This document shows, one piece after another, positions 15,013 to 28,945 of a stretch of DNA of 64,000 bases. The DNA comes from Paraspadella gotoi (taxonomy: Eukaryota; Animalia; Chaetognatha): the NCBI GenBank assembly GCA_051294375.1, contig CM119268.1:4503162-4567161 (forward strand), given 5' to 3'. The notes below the pieces were generated by a model. That model was not told the origin of the DNA, did not search any database, and was given only the letters and a program-made list of their open reading frames with translations. The position numbers and the translations under genes were made by a program. Numbering within the stretch: position 1 is the stretch's first letter; every line of letters begins with the position of its first letter.

Positions 15013-15124
15013 CTGCTGCGGCAGCAGCTGCTCGCAGACGTGCAGCGCAGTGACCATCGGGGTTTCGACTCATTTGTATGTAATAAGCTTCGACCACGAT
15101 TTTGGCGTCCTCGTCGACCGTGGT
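15013..15124 (-). pseudogene. Second, frameshifted copy of GluN1 exon 3 (probably an assembly/long-read duplicate)
   Basis: Matches 16443-16552 except for two 1-nt insertions (112 vs 110 nt). Donor GTGAGT is retained. Confidence 0.8.
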
Positions 15125-15457
15125 CTGCTCGGGAGAGGGTGTTAAAATTAATTCGTCAATTAATCAATTAATTCATTAATTTATGAGTTGACGAAATAAA
15201 ACGAATGAAATAATGAATGGAGTTTTATGTAAATAAATTTATAATGAGAGAAAAAAGTATTGAATGAAATAATAAATCGAAAAATGAATGAATTAATAAA
15301 ACCTATGAATAAATTATTGAATCAAGTAACAAATAATGCAGATATGAATGATTGGTTTAAGCAAATAAACGAATTGGTTACATTAGCAAATAAACGAACG
15401 TTGAACAACAAGAACACAACAACGACCGACATGAAAACGGTCTCCAAACGAACTCAC

Positions 15458-15553
15458 GGGGCCCAAATCCGTGGTGACTGAAAGACGAAGTTTGGCCTGA
15501 TCTTAGACGGCCTGTTTGAGAATTTCAAGTGAGTCTCGTTGCTAAGCACGCGC
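15458..15553 (-). pseudogene. Second, indel-bearing copy of GluN1 exon 2 (probably an assembly/long-read duplicate)
   Basis: Near-identical to 16877-16969 but with several 1-nt indels that break the frame. Confidence 0.8.
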
Positions 15554-16037
15554 CTGTTGGGAAAAATAAACAATGAACCAAATGATAAAGAGATAAAAAA
15601 AGACGTTTATTATCGTTTCTCTTATTCTAGGCAGATCCGACATTGTTTGCTCAAACTTGTTTCTTTAGTTGCTCTCATTTTGTCTTATGTCTCTTAATTC
15701 GTTCCACGTTTTTATTACGCTTATTATATATTTCTTTGTACATACCCCATGATTCTATCACATTGCTCTAAAAAAAATATTTTCGAAAACATCGTTATTC
15801 TTTTCAATTCTGTCGAGTTGTCCCTCAGCATGACCCCACTTTCTCTGTCTACCTTACCCCTTCTCTATAAAGAGGTGAGTTAAGAGGATTTTTTACGTTT
15901 GACTCGTCAACAGTAATAATCGCCTAATTGTCTTTTTTTCCCCTTTTTTTCTTTTTTCTTCTTCCTCTTTTCTTGTGGCGACACAAAAGTTGCTCGCGGC
16001 CTTTAATCGTTAAAGCGACCTCGTTAGCTGTGCAGAG

Positions 16038-16101
<64 letters not shown>

Positions 16102-16323
16102 CTCTCAACCTCAACGTCATTCTCGAAGACCTCAAGACTGAGATGAAATCTTTACATAATTGACTCCCTCTCTCTAAGGACTAAGGAGTCGGGAAGATTT
16201 CAGATTACGTTAAATTGAATCACTTAATAGAGAGATGGAGAGAGTTTCAGGCAAATAGATGCGCACATTGCGCACATTGTGCAAGGGCCACGTTTTCTGT
16301 TGCAGAGTCCACCTCTTCTCTCA

Positions 16324-16436
<113 letters not shown>

Positions 16437-16442
16437 ACTCAC

Positions 16443-16552
16443 CTGCTGCGGCAGCAGCTGCTCGCAGACGTGCAGCGCAGTGACCATCGGGTTTCGACTC
16501 ATTTGTATGTAATAAGCTTCGACCACGATTTTGGGTCCTCGTCGACCGTGGT
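16443..16552 (-). CDS. Nmdar1: GluN1-like exon 3 (110 nt): (H)HGRRGPKIVVEAYYIQMSRNPMVTALHVCEQLLPQQ
   Basis: Acceptor cccgacAG, donor CAG|GTGAGT, phase 1/0, in frame with exon 2. Resembles recalled GluN1 [34 protein letters not shown] and Drosophila Nmdar1 [22 protein letters not shown], including the conserved ATD Cys. Confidence 0.92.
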
Positions 16553-16876
16553 CTGTCGGGGAGAGGGGTTAAAATTAATTCGTCAATTAATCAATTAATT
16601 CATTAATTTATGAGTTGACGATAAAACGAATGAAATAATGAATGGAGTTTTATGTAAATAAATTTATAATGAGAGAAAAAAGTATGAATGAATAAATAAA
16701 TCGAAAAATGAATGAATTAATAAACCTATGAATAAATTATTGAATCAAGTAACAAATAATGCAGATATGAATGATTGGTTAAGCAAATAAACGAATGGTT
16801 ACATTAGCAAATAAACGAACGTTGAACAACAAGAACACAACAACGACGACATGAAACGGTCTCCAAACGAACTCAC

Positions 16877-16969
16877 GGGCCAAATCCGTGTGACTGAAGA
16901 CGAAGTTGGCCTGATTCTTAACGGCCTGTTTGAGAATTTCAAAGTGAGTCTCGTTGCTAAGCACCGCGC
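16877..16969 (-). CDS. Nmdar1: GluN1-like exon 2 (93 nt): (G)AVLSNETHFEILKQAVKNQANFVFSHTDLA(H)
   Basis: Acceptor ttttttcccaacAG, donor GTGAGT, phase 1/1. Resembles recalled vertebrate GluN1 [25 protein letters not shown]. Confidence 0.92.
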
Positions 16970-18015
16970 CTGTTGGGAAAAAATAAACAATGAACCAAAT
17001 GATAAAGAGATAAAAAAAGACTTTATAATATAAACCCGATACTAAATTGTTCACGATCACGACGCTCGGTCAAACTTTGGCTCAAACAATAAATTATTAT
17101 TCATTATATATTAACAACTTCATAACATACCAACAGCTATTGCTAATTATTGTAAAATCAACGATTATACGTTTCCTGGCAAAACAAAATAGAAAATAAA
17201 ACTGACGAAACAGTTGAAAACGAAAAAAAAGAAAAAAGAAAGAGAAAAACAACAATGAAAAGAAAATATCCTCGTGGTTCAGTTCAACTGATGCTCTTAA
17301 CGGTTGTAAGTTTTATCGAAATACGATCATTGACAAAGGAGTAACAAAACTAAGTTCAAGCAAAAAAACTTGTTAGTTGAAACAGTCAACGCAAGAGACA
17401 TTTCACCTTTTTCAATCTCTCTCGGTTTTACGCTTCTTCTTTCCTTCTCCTTTCTTTCCTTTAACTAATCTTCGACTTTCTTATTTTTTTTCTTTCCTCC
17501 ATCTGATCTTCTACTTCCTCCATATCTTTTATTTCCTATTCTACTTCTTCCTTTTTCTTTTTTTTCCCATCATTTAATCATCTACTTTGTTATTTTCTTT
17601 TTTTTTTCTCAATATTATCTTCTCCATCTCTTTTCTTTTCTCTACTACTTCCTCCTCCTTCTTTTCCTTCGATTATTCTTCTACTCCTCCCTTTTCTTTC
17701 TTTCCTCCATCTAATCTTTTTCTTCATCCTTTTCTTTTCTTTCCTCCGTCTAATCTTCTCCTTTCCATTTTTCTCCTCCTTCATTATTTTCTCTTTTAAT
17801 CTATTCTTCTACATTTTTCTTCTTTTTCTTTTCTCTATCTAATCTTCTCCTTCCTCCTCTTTTTTTCCTCCATTTAATTTTCTCCTTTTTTTCCTCCATC
17901 TAATCTTATTCTTCTCTTTTCTTTCCTCCATCTAAACTTCTTTTATTTTCTTTACTCCACTTCTGCCCCTAGATCTTCTTCAGACCAACTCGTTGGAGGA
18001 AAAATATTCCAAAAG

Positions 18016-18061
<46 letters not shown>

Positions 18062-18074
18062 AAGAGAGGAGAGA

Positions 18075-18105
<31 letters not shown>

Positions 18106-18224
18106 GAAGAAGAGAGAGAGAGGAGACGCTGAGAGAATTTATGCATGACTTTCGGGTCGAGGGATTCCTCTGTCTCTCTCCTTCCCTCTTTTTCTCTCAT
18201 TCTCTTATTTCTTCCCCGCATCTT

Positions 18225-18296
<72 letters not shown>

Positions 18297-19412
18297 CTTC
18301 TCTCACTCTCTCTTCTCTCTCTCTTTCTCTTCTCTCTCTTTTCAATCTCGGGACTACATCTCCATCACACTTTCAATCTACTTTCTCTTTATATATTTTA
18401 TTCTCTCCCGCTCTCTTCTTTTCTCTCTTTCTTTCCAACTTTCCTCCCCAAAATTAATTGTTTTTTTCTTTTGTTATTATCCTCCATAAATTCTACACGC
18501 TCTTTCCTCCTTTAACCTCAACTTTTATTTTTTCTTTCCTTCTTTTCTTCTTCCTTCAACCTCCAATCACTTTTTTCCTTTCCTTCCTTCTTTCCTTTTT
18601 TCCTCCAATCACTTTTTTGCCTTTTCCTTCTTTCCTTCTTTCCTTCCTCCTTCCTCCTCCAATCACTTTTTTGCCTTCCTATCAATCACTTCTTTCCTTC
18701 CTACTTCAACCTCCATTCACTTTCTTCTTTCCTTTCCCTATCGTTTCCTTTCTCCTCTCAGCCAAACAGGCAACACCTGTTCTTTAAATTTTAAATCGCG
18801 TAGAGAATGAGTTTTTTCCCTCCGATTTTTGGTTTGGTTTGGTTGGTTTGGTTTTGGGTTGGATTCGACAGCGAAATCAGAAAATGTTTTGTTTCGTTTG
18901 TACAAACTGAATCGTTAAGGTAAGGAGACATCGCATTCGCTGTCGTAGTAATTAATTAATAAGCTATTTTTTTTGTGGAATTCAGCACCGATTTATTTGA
19001 GACCATGCATTCCTTATCACAGGATCGTTGCTATATGGTCTCAAAGAAATCTTCTTTTCCCAACAAATCTTGGTTTTAAAATCTTTTTAAGGACTCCTTA
19101 ATATTTCATTCTAATTCCTTTTCTTTGTCATTCTCTTCCTTTTGTCATTCCTTCTCCCCCTTTACTAAACCCTTCTTGTCATTCCTAATTAATTCCATTC
19201 GATCATTCGTCATTAATCTCGATTCCATCGATTAGTGGAACCAGAAGGAAACTCTCACGTCATTAACGAACCATTGGTTCGCCCCCCACTGCCGCGCCCC
19301 TCCCGACTTTTCTTCATTTTCCACTTTTCATTCCTACTCATTTCCTTTCATTGTCCTTTCATTCGCACCAATTTCTCCCGGTTCCAATTTTTTACTATTT
19401 TATACAATTCAG

Positions 19413-19471
<59 letters not shown>

Positions 19472-19989
19472 TACTCTCCTCTCTCTCTCGTCTCTTTCTC
19501 TCGGTCTCTCTCCTCTCTCTCTCTCTCATCTCATCTCTCTGCTCTCTCTCGATTTTTTTATTTTACACTAACACTTTTTTCCCAAACGATGTTATTTTAA
19601 ATTCCTGCGAGGTGTGAATATCGTTGCTTTAATAATCTAAAGCCAAAGAAAAAGCAAAACCAAAAAAAACAATCAATAAAATATCACTGTTTACCGCTTT
19701 TTGAAACTTACCCCATTATGTTTAAAATTCATTTTTCTTTCCTTCCCTATCTGATTGATAATCGACTAATTTGTCCTCGCTAAATTTCTCTTTTCCTTCA
19801 AAGCATAATTTTTACTTCTCCGTAAGTTATCTTATCTTTTTTTTCGCTTCCCCTGACCGATTCTTAATCTAATAATACTAATATTACTATAATAATATTA
19901 GTTTGCGCGCCGCGAGCTGCTCGCGGAGCAAAGCTGCTCAGTCAAGTTTTTACGGTGTCCGGTCTGGTTGGTTCGGTCAGTCAATCCAT

Positions 19990-21295
19990 TCTCCCCTCTT
20001 CTTCTCCCTTCCTGCCTTCCCTTCCTCTGCTCCACCTCTGTTCCTCCATTCTCCTCCTCTTCTTTGCACTCCTCTCCTCGCGCTCCCTCATGTCCTCCCG
20101 CACCCTTCTTCCCTCGCATTCTCTCACTCTCTCATTCTTCGTCAACGACTCACCCTCCCTCCTTCCCTCTCCTCACCGCTTCTTCCTTCCATTCTCCTCC
20201 TCTTCTCTCCTATCCTCCCTTCCTCCCTCTCTCCACCACTTACCTTCCTTCCTCCATTTCCTCAACTCTCTTGCTCGCTCATCCTGTCCTTCTTCCTCTC
20301 CTACGACCCTCTTCCTCTATTCTCCTGCCTCTCTTTCCTCTTTCCCTTCCTTCCTACTCCTCCAACCCTTCTTCATCATCATCTCTCCTCCTCTTTTCTC
20401 ATCTCTCCCTGCCTTCCTCCGTCTCCCTCCACCCTTCTTCACTCCATTTCTCCTCACTTCTTTCTCCTCTTCCTCCTTCCCTCACTCTCGCCTCCACCGC
20501 AGTTCTTCCATCCTATTCTCCCCTCCCTTCTTTTTCCCTTCTCTTGTTTCTTCACTCTTCCCTCTTCTATCCTCCCATCTCTCTTCCTCCTTCTCATTCT
20601 CCATTCTGTCGTCCTCTCGTCCTTGCTCTCTCCCTCCACCCTTCTTCCTCCATTCCATCCTCCTCATCTTACTCCTCTCCTCCTCTCCTGCTTCCTCTTC
20701 TCCCACCCATCTTCTCTTCCGTGTTCCATTACTTCTCCTTCCTCCTTCCTGTTCTCATCCCTCTAGCTCCTCTCTCATCTCTTCCCTCTCTCCTCTCTTC
20801 CCTCACGCCTCACTTTATCTGCCCATTCTCGAGCTCCCTCTTCTTCTTCTCTCCTCATGCAGCTCCCCCGGTTTTTTTACGCAGGCGATTGGGTCCCTTT
20901 CATCTCACCCTTCTTCCTGCTCATTCTCCTCCTCTTCTCCCTCTCCCTTGCCCTTCCCTCGCTCTCTATCCACCAGCCTTCTTCCTGCCATTTCTTCCCC
21001 TCTCTTTCTTCTCCTGCTCCTTCCTTCCCTCCTGCTCAAATGCCACCCTTCTTCCTCCTCCATATCTTGCTGCTCCACTATCTTGCTCATGCTCTCCTCG
21101 CCCGTTCCGGCTGCCTGCCCACCCTTTCTTTCCGTCCCTTGTTCCATTCTCCTCCTCTTCTTCCTCCTCTCCTTCCCATTCCTCTCCTTCCTCCTCCACC
21201 CTTCTTGCCTCCATTGTCCGCTCTCACACTTCTTCTTCTCCTCTCCCTCCCTTCCTTGCCTCTCCTCCACCCTTCTTCCTCTATTCTGCTCCCTC
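19990..21295. repeat. 1.3-kb polypyrimidine/polypurine low-complexity tract
   Basis: The + strand is almost only C/T. It produces stop-free spurious S/L/P/F ORFs in all three + frames. Confidence 0.85.
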
Positions 21296-22124
21296 GAGGA
21301 GCCCAGCTGCCGCGAGATTTCTCCGCCTCAACTTCGCTTTTCTTTCGGTAAACTGAATCCTCAGGCATCGCTGTCTGCGTTGTTGTTGTTGTTGTTTTTC
21401 TTGTTTTTGTCTCTGTTGTTGTTCTTCTTCTTGTTGTTGTTCTTCTTTTTATCGTTGTCGTTGTCGTTGCGCTTGTAATCATAATTGTCACTGTCATATT
21501 GTCATAACATCATAACCATCTTTTTTTGGCGCTGTCGTTGTCGGCATCTTTGTGATTCCTGCTGTGATATCGTCATTAAAGACATGGCCATTTTTATGAT
21601 AATATATTTTGTCACTAATGCAGTTTTATTTGTTTTGTTTTTTCCAGTGTCATCAATGCCAAAAATATTTTTTTGATCGTCACTGTCGGCATGTCATCAT
21701 CGTATTTGTGGTCATAACTAGTTGTCATCAAAACGACAGGTCGTTTACTCGCTGTCCCGTTACTCGTTTTCGCCTTCATTGTCGTCCTCATCGTCGTCAT
21801 TGTCGTCGTCATTGTCGTTCTCCTAGTCTTCGTCATCATCGTCATCGTCGTAGTCCACGCCTCACCTCCCTTACTTTTTTTTTCGCCGCCAGGACGAACT
21901 TTCCCTCTTCGTCTTTTGTTCTCTGACGCCGACGGAATTTTAAGATTTTCGTCGACTCAAAATTCAGAGCGAAAATTGGGAGAGAAGGGGGATGGAAGGG
22001 GGTGGAGGGGAGTGGAAGGGGGTGGAAGGGGTGGAGGGTAGGGGCAGGGGGGTGGGGTCACGCTAAAGGAGCGAGGTGACAGGTGACTGAAAAGCTAACA
22101 TAGTACAGGGCATTCCTAAAGTCT

Positions 22125-22500
22125 GTCTACGTGGGCCCAATCGTTTGTGGGCGGAATCCCAGATGAGCGGAATCCTACCTGGGCTCAATCTTACGTGGGC
22201 GGAATCCTATGTAGGCGGAATCCTATGTGGGTGCAATTCTATGGGCGCAATACTGTGGGCTCAATCCTTCGGGCTCAATGCTTAGTGGGTCGAATCCTAC
22301 AAGGGTACAATCCTTTGGGGGCAATACTATGGGCTCAATTGTACGTGGGTGGAATCCGACGGGGCGGAATCCCATGTGGGCGCAATCTTATGTGGGCGGA
22401 ATACTATGAGTGCAATTGTATGTGGGCGAAATGCTACGTGGGTACAATCCAAGGGGCGAAATTTTATGGGCCCAATACTACGTGGGTACAATTCTACTAC
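22125..22500. repeat. Degenerate 16-20-nt minisatellite (gtgggcgsaatcctay)
   Basis: About 20 recurring gtggg(c/t)...aat(c/t) units. Confidence 0.75.
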
Positions 22501-22759
22501 CACACTGTCGGTTAATAGTTATGTTTTCTGTATTGAGATACGAATATAAATCTAAAATAATGGTGAACGTAAATTGTACGCGATGGACTGAACCAGTACT
22601 GAGTATTTTCTCCTCAGTCCTCTGTGAAAAAAAATTTTCAAACAAATTGGGAAAAGTAAAATAACAATGAAACTAATAAAACAAAAACATAACATTTTTT
22701 TTTGTTTTAGTTTGTTTTAATCCGTGAGATTGCTTCCGGGTACTGTGAGGTTATCTCTA

Positions 22760-22799
<40 letters not shown>

Positions 22800-22809
22800 T
22801 CTCCTCTCT

Positions 22810-22888
<79 letters not shown>

Positions 22889-23062
22889 CTCCCTCTCTCT
22901 CTTTTTCTCTGTCTCTGTCTCTATCTCATCCTCCCTCCTCGTCGAATCTCTTGTCTTCAAAATGAGAGGGTCAATCGTTGTCTCCTCGACGAACGTTTGA
23001 ATAAGACATGAGCCTCATTTCGCCGAATTCCCCTCTCACCAGAGAGAGAGAGAGGAGATGAC

Positions 23063-23093
<31 letters not shown>

Positions 23094-26000
23094 TCCCTTT
23101 CCTCACTTATCCTTAATCCTCTCACCCGTGTCCAAGATTCAATTTCCGTTTCCAAATTCACCGACCACTTTCCTCCGCCGAGAAACTTCACCCACACAGC
23201 CAATCTCACAGCACTCACGCCTCCACAACACAACCAATCTGACAGCAATCACACCTCACCATCACAGCTCGCATCACAGAACTCACTCCTCACCCACATA
23301 GCCGGCGTCGCAGCTCTGATCTCACTTTTCGTTGCACATTCATTGTCAGATTCATGTTTCGTAAATGCGACTAATTCAAAAATAACAATGTTTTCATTTC
23401 GACAATTTTTGTTATCAGAGAAAAAGTTTTTATGTTTGTTTTCACTTATGTTCACATCTGCTCTTGCACCTCCCTTTTCTGCTTTATTTGCACCTTCCTT
23501 CCCTCCTTGATTTTCACCTTCCTTTGCAATTTTCTTTGCCTGCTTTCACATGCTACGCTTTCATGCCATGCTTTGCGTTCGTTTCCACGTGACCTCTCTT
23601 TCGCTTTCTCAACAAAAAAATTTCATCTTCATCTCAATGTCTCTTTTGCCCTTCTCCCTGTTTCCCTACACTATTTTCTCTCTCTCTCTCTCTCTCNNNN
23701 NNNNNNNNNNNNNNNNNNNNNNNNNNNNNNNNNNNNNNNNNNNNNNNNNNNNNNNNNNNNNNNNNNNNNNNNNNNNNNNNNNNNNNNNNNNNNNNNNNNN
23801 NNNNNNNNNNNNNNNNNNNNNNNNNNNNNNNNNNNNNNNNTCCCCTTCCTCCCTTGCTCTCTCCCCCTCTCACTTTTTTCTCTCCCTCCACGTGCAAAGT
23901 TTCAATCTCAGTCATTATTCATGCGAACCGAAACAATAGACGTGACCCAATACGTTGTCGTTGTTGTTGTTGTTGTTGTTATCACGGAAGTCGACGATGT
24001 TTTTGTCACATTTTGTAAGGATATAGAAGTTAGGTTTGTGATATTTCTTCTTATTCGAATTATTTTACTTCGAATATTAAAAGTGTAAAAAAGTTAATTA
24101 TATTTTATCGAAAATGAAAAAAAGTTATTAATGGCCTTATTCAAAATTTTGATTTTACGTAAAAGTAAGCAGGATGTTGGAAAAATAGGGAGCATCTAAT
24201 TTAATGCATTCCTAGCGTGGTTAAAGTTTGTTTCTTTGTAATATATACAAAATACATGAATTTTTTTTCTTTTTAAAAAAGCGTGCCATAAATTGCATGA
24301 ATTGAATTTAGAGAAGTGAAGGTGAAAGTCTATAATGAATCAGGGATAGAGTCATTTTAATAATCATTTTAAATCTCCGACAAAAAAGAGAAATCGAAAG
24401 GGAAAGAGAGAGACGAAAAGAAAGAAAGAGAGAGAAAGAGAATATTTAAGAAAAGAACCTTGGTTTAAAAAAAAAGGTAATTGAAATTCTAGTTTCTCTT
24501 TCACGTCGCGCGAAGGGTGGGACGGGTGAGGCACGAGTTTCAAAGGAAAGGAAGAGAAAGAGAATTCGCGACTTCGTCAGGTCAGTTATTTATAGAACGA
24601 GTTTAGAGGAAAAAAAGTAAATGAGGGTGACCTTAAGCTTAACTGTATAAAAGTATAGTTGGCGTGGTTTCGTCATGAATGTAATCTATTTCATGTTGTC
24701 TTTTAAAATCAACAATAAACATTATATTTATTCCATATCGATCTTATTTTTTTGAATCATATCTTTCGTTTGTTTTTCTCATCATACGAAGTTAATATCA
24801 TTCTTTATTTGCAGTCGTCGTCGTTGTTATGGTGGTCGTCGTCGTCGTCGTCGTCGACGTCGTCGTCGTCGTCGACGTCGTCGTCGTCGTCGTTGTGGTC
24901 GTCGTTGTTGTTGTCGTCGCGGTCCCCGTCTTCGGCGGACAGACGGTGATTCGAATCGGCTTTCGTCGTATCACAGAGAAGCAGACGTCAAATATGCAAA
25001 AGAGATTGAGGAAATGTCGGCGACGACGATGACGAAGAATAAGAGGACAATGAAGATGACGAAGATGATGACGAAGAATAAGAGGACAATGAAGATGACG
25101 AAGACGATGTCGAAGAAGTCGTTGGTTTTTTTTTCTCACATTTCTCCCTCCCACAGTGGGAGCTTTTATAGATTCAACAATAATTGCTTTTCTAGTTCTC
25201 ACAGTACTCTCTCTCTCTCTCTCTCTCTCTCTNNNNNNNNNNNNNNNNNNNNNNNNNNNNNNNNNNNNNNNNNNNNNNNNNNNNNNNNNNNNNNNNNNNN
25301 NNNNNNNNNNNNNNNNNNNNNNNNNNNNNNNNNNNNNNNNNNNNNNNNNNNNNNNNNNNNNNCTCTCTCTCTCTCTCAATCTATGACTAATACAACAATC
25401 TCCTATTTATCTACTTCCTCTTTTAGCACATAATACCAAATCAGTTTAATACAGTAATACTACAATATGGTTCTATTTCCTTTTTCAGCATGACATGGCA
25501 CTTTCCTCCCCACCCCCAAGTATTGCTGAAGACGTCAGGTGTCACAGCCTGCACCCATTCACGCTCAGCGCCTCTGACGACCTTGACTCGTAAACAGCAA
25601 CGAGATATTGTTTATTCCTCGCTGTCTCTTGAGCTCAAAGGAAAACAGAGAAAAAAAGTATAAAGGGAAAAAATTGGAAGAAAAAAAAGACAATTGTAGN
25701 NNNNNNNNNNNNNNNNNNNNNNNNNNNNNNNNNNNNNNNNNNNNNNNNNNNNNNNNNNNNNNNNNNNNNNNNNNNNNNNNNNNNNNNNNNNNNNNNNNNN
25801 NNNNNNNNNNNNNNNNNNNNNNNNNNNNNNNNNNNNNNNNNNNNNNNNNNNNNNNNNNNNNNNNNNNNNNNNNNNNNNNNNNNNNNNNNNNNNNNNNNNN
25901 NNNNNNNNNNNNNNNNNNNNNNNNNNNNNNNNNNATTTGCATAATAGTCTCTCTTCATTGTGCTCGGAATGGCTTTTATGATTATTTCTCGCGCTTTAAA

Positions 26001-27460
26001 TGAGGGAAAATGGTCGATTCTTAAGCGGGGATATGGGCAACACTACATAAATTCTTATTCCTTCTCCATCTCCCTTCCCTCTTAACCGACGGCCACCGGC
26101 TACGCGCCTGTGTATTGCAAATAGCGTCATTGCTGGGTTGTTTTTTTTTTGTTTGTTATTTTTTCCTTTGGGCGAATCAAATGGATTAGCGAATGGTTGC
26201 AGATGCCATTCTCGATTGAGTTATATCGTGTTATATCGTGTCATATGGTATTAAGGGTTGCTGGTACATAGTGTCTTGTTATCGATTTTGTGTTATGAAA
26301 TTGGTACAAGGAGTATAAAAATTATCCATTCATTTAATAAATAAGCTATCTTGACCCTTACTTTGGACGGGTTTTGTTGGGTTAAGTCCTTCATCCTTCG
26401 AACAAGATAGTAACATAGCAGGACTCTGCAAGCTTTCAATCAAGAACATTCCTCAATCTAGTTTACTCCATGAATAAATGGCTTTCCTATCAATATTTTA
26501 AAGTAAATTAGACTTCTTTTATTTTTAAACAGAAAAGGATAAAAAAAATCCTAGCCAAGAATGTTCTCCGACTTTAAGTTTATCCTAAGCTATGGTTGTT
26601 CTTTTTTTTTCCTTTTTATTCTCATGGGAGAACTTTTTGTTTTGTTTTTATTGTGAAATGATGAGGAAATGAAAACCAAACCAAAAAGAAAATAGAAACA
26701 GCGCAAGTCACAAAATAGGGTTCTCGTGTTTTTAGTTACGATTTACTTTATTTGCGAAACGTAAAATTTAGTAGACAGTACTTTTACTTATACGGACGTG
26801 AATTCTATGAAGAAATAGTTTTAAAAATCGTAAAGATAAACTTTCATTGAAATTATGGACAACAAAACGAGGATAATTAAAATTCATCAGTTGGGTGAAT
26901 TTCATCAATTTTTCTTTTCTGATTTAGATTGTCACCGACTTCAGCTTTGTTTGTTTGTTTTTTTTAACTTGAGCCAACAATCATCGACATAGTTTATTAT
27001 CTCGAATAAGTAATTTAGCTACAACTCAGGGATTAAGGAACGAAAATTGGTTGCTTATGGAAAATAACGGTTTAAAAATTTAGACCTTTTTGTTTGAAAA
27101 ACAAAGTTTTCAACATTTTTCGTTCTCTTTGATACCACGATTTTCTATATCTCTACCCTGTTTTCTTTTCACTACCACGATTCTGGAATTCTGTCCACCG
27201 CTTTCCGGCGAATACGGGGGCGTCGACCGAGGCTTCTTTTTTTGGTTTCTTCAAGACGACGGAAACGGCGGACGGGCTGACGGGGCGGATGGTGGAGCTG
27301 GGTAGGGGAGCGAAGCGGTGAAGGGTGGGGTGGAGTTGAAGCAAGGGGGCGGGAAAATGGTACAAGCTAAAAAGCTGGTTCTCGCTTTGGCTCTTGTTTA
27401 TTCCCCCGATCGTCATGGAAACCGAGCGGTTGTGCTTTTTCCTCGTCGCGAGCTTCTCTC

Positions 27461-27539
<79 letters not shown>

Positions 27540-27838
27540 CTGTTATGAGGCTTTCGGGATTTGCCAATCTCCGCTTTTTCTCTCGTACTCATCCGCGCGC
27601 ATCTTTTTTTTTTTCTCGTATTTTTTTTGCGTCTCGAATCTCACGACGAAACTAGAGACATTGTCGATTTATCCAAGCGAATATTATTTTAAGTAAAATA
27701 TGTAAAATGGTTCGATCAATATAAAAAAATTATCTATTCCTGACATTAGGCAGGCAGGGGTGAATAAATGGGGCTATCCCTCTTACAAGAAAATCTTAAC
27801 GAAAGAAAAGATTATCTAATACAAAGAAAATAGTATTT

Positions 27839-28145
27839 AACAAGAAGTAGTATATACTGTGGATCTCACTGTCCAGTATATACTACTCAAGACCTTGCAA
27901 GATTTTTATCAAGACATGCATTTAGTACGCACCCCCTATAAAGTCATCAGCTCATGACCACGAGGTACCGAGATCCATCCCAAATGGTACCTACCCTGCA
28001 GGTAGGGTATGGACTGGCGTGGAAACCCTCAGGTCAGGTTCCAAGACCAGGACCCGTTCCAATGCTGCCGAGAGGGCACATAAAAGAGTACAGAGTACCA
28101 AGCTTCCCTGTCCATAGTAATAGTAATAGTAGTAACAGTAATAAC
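27839..28145 (-). mobile_element. Possible short non-autonomous rolling-circle/MITE-like element
   Basis: 14-bp hairpin agtagtatatactg...cagtatatactact (~27846-27887) next to a minus-strand ...ttcttgtt end, plus an internal hairpin taccct-gcaggt-agggta. Confidence 0.3.
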
Positions 28146-28499
28146 TGATTATTATCTCCTACTTTGATAAATATTTCAGGAATGTCCTTTATTCGTAATT
28201 AAACTGAGTTTTGAATCAAACGATAATAATTAATGGATGACTTATAAAGAGAACAAAATCAAGAAATGAACAAAAAAGAGAACAAAAAAGGAAACAAAAA
28301 AGAGAACACAAAAGAGAACTAAACGATGAGATGTCGAATTAGTCAAAAAGCCTTTTTTTTTCTCTCTTTTTTAATCTTTTTATCTTTTTCACAATATTTT
28401 TTTTTTCACGCAGTTGGGTGACGTTTGGATAATGAAATCATAACGAGTTGTCGCGAATGGAAAACTGTGAATGGATGCAGCGAGTTGTGAAGAAATTTC

Positions 28500-28596
<97 letters not shown>

Positions 28597-28714
28597 TGGG
28601 AATGAAAGGCTCAATTTATCGTCTAAACTGCGACGCTCTTCTGACGTATCTTCCGATAGCGATATTCCGCCCTCCCTCACCACAACCTCCTTTACTTCGT
28701 CTACATCACCTTAC

Positions 28715-28945
28715 TTCAGCCCAGCCCCAGATCCCTTCCTCAGCCTCAACTCCAGCTCAGCCCCAGATCCCTTCCTCAGCCTAAACTCCAGCTCAACCAC
28801 AGATCCCTTACCGCAGCTTCAACCTCAGCTCAAACTCAGAAATCTTACCACAGTCTCAACACCAGCTCAGCCCCAGACCCCCCACCTCAGCCCCAACTCC
28901 GGCTTAGACTCAGATCTCTTACCGCAGCCTCACCTCCAGCTCTCT
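28715..28945. repeat. Degenerate 36-nt tandem repeat (cagccccagatcccttcctcagcctcaactccagct)
   Basis: Two near-perfect copies and several decayed ones. Confidence 0.7.

Noticed and set aside
18981-18990. TTCAGCACC, the RE1/NRSE left half-site (vertebrate GRIN1 is a REST target)
   Set aside because: The right half-site (GGACAG) is absent, the genome appears invertebrate, and a chance match is likely.
19903-21497. 287-507-aa ORFs
   Set aside because: The polypyrimidine tract lacks stops by composition, and there is no domain signal.
27153-27455. GC-rich minus-strand open frame in intron 1 (MTIGGINKSQ...)
   Set aside because: No polypyrimidine acceptor, a weak donor and no homology. Inclusion would split the conserved I-G-A-V-L-S junction.
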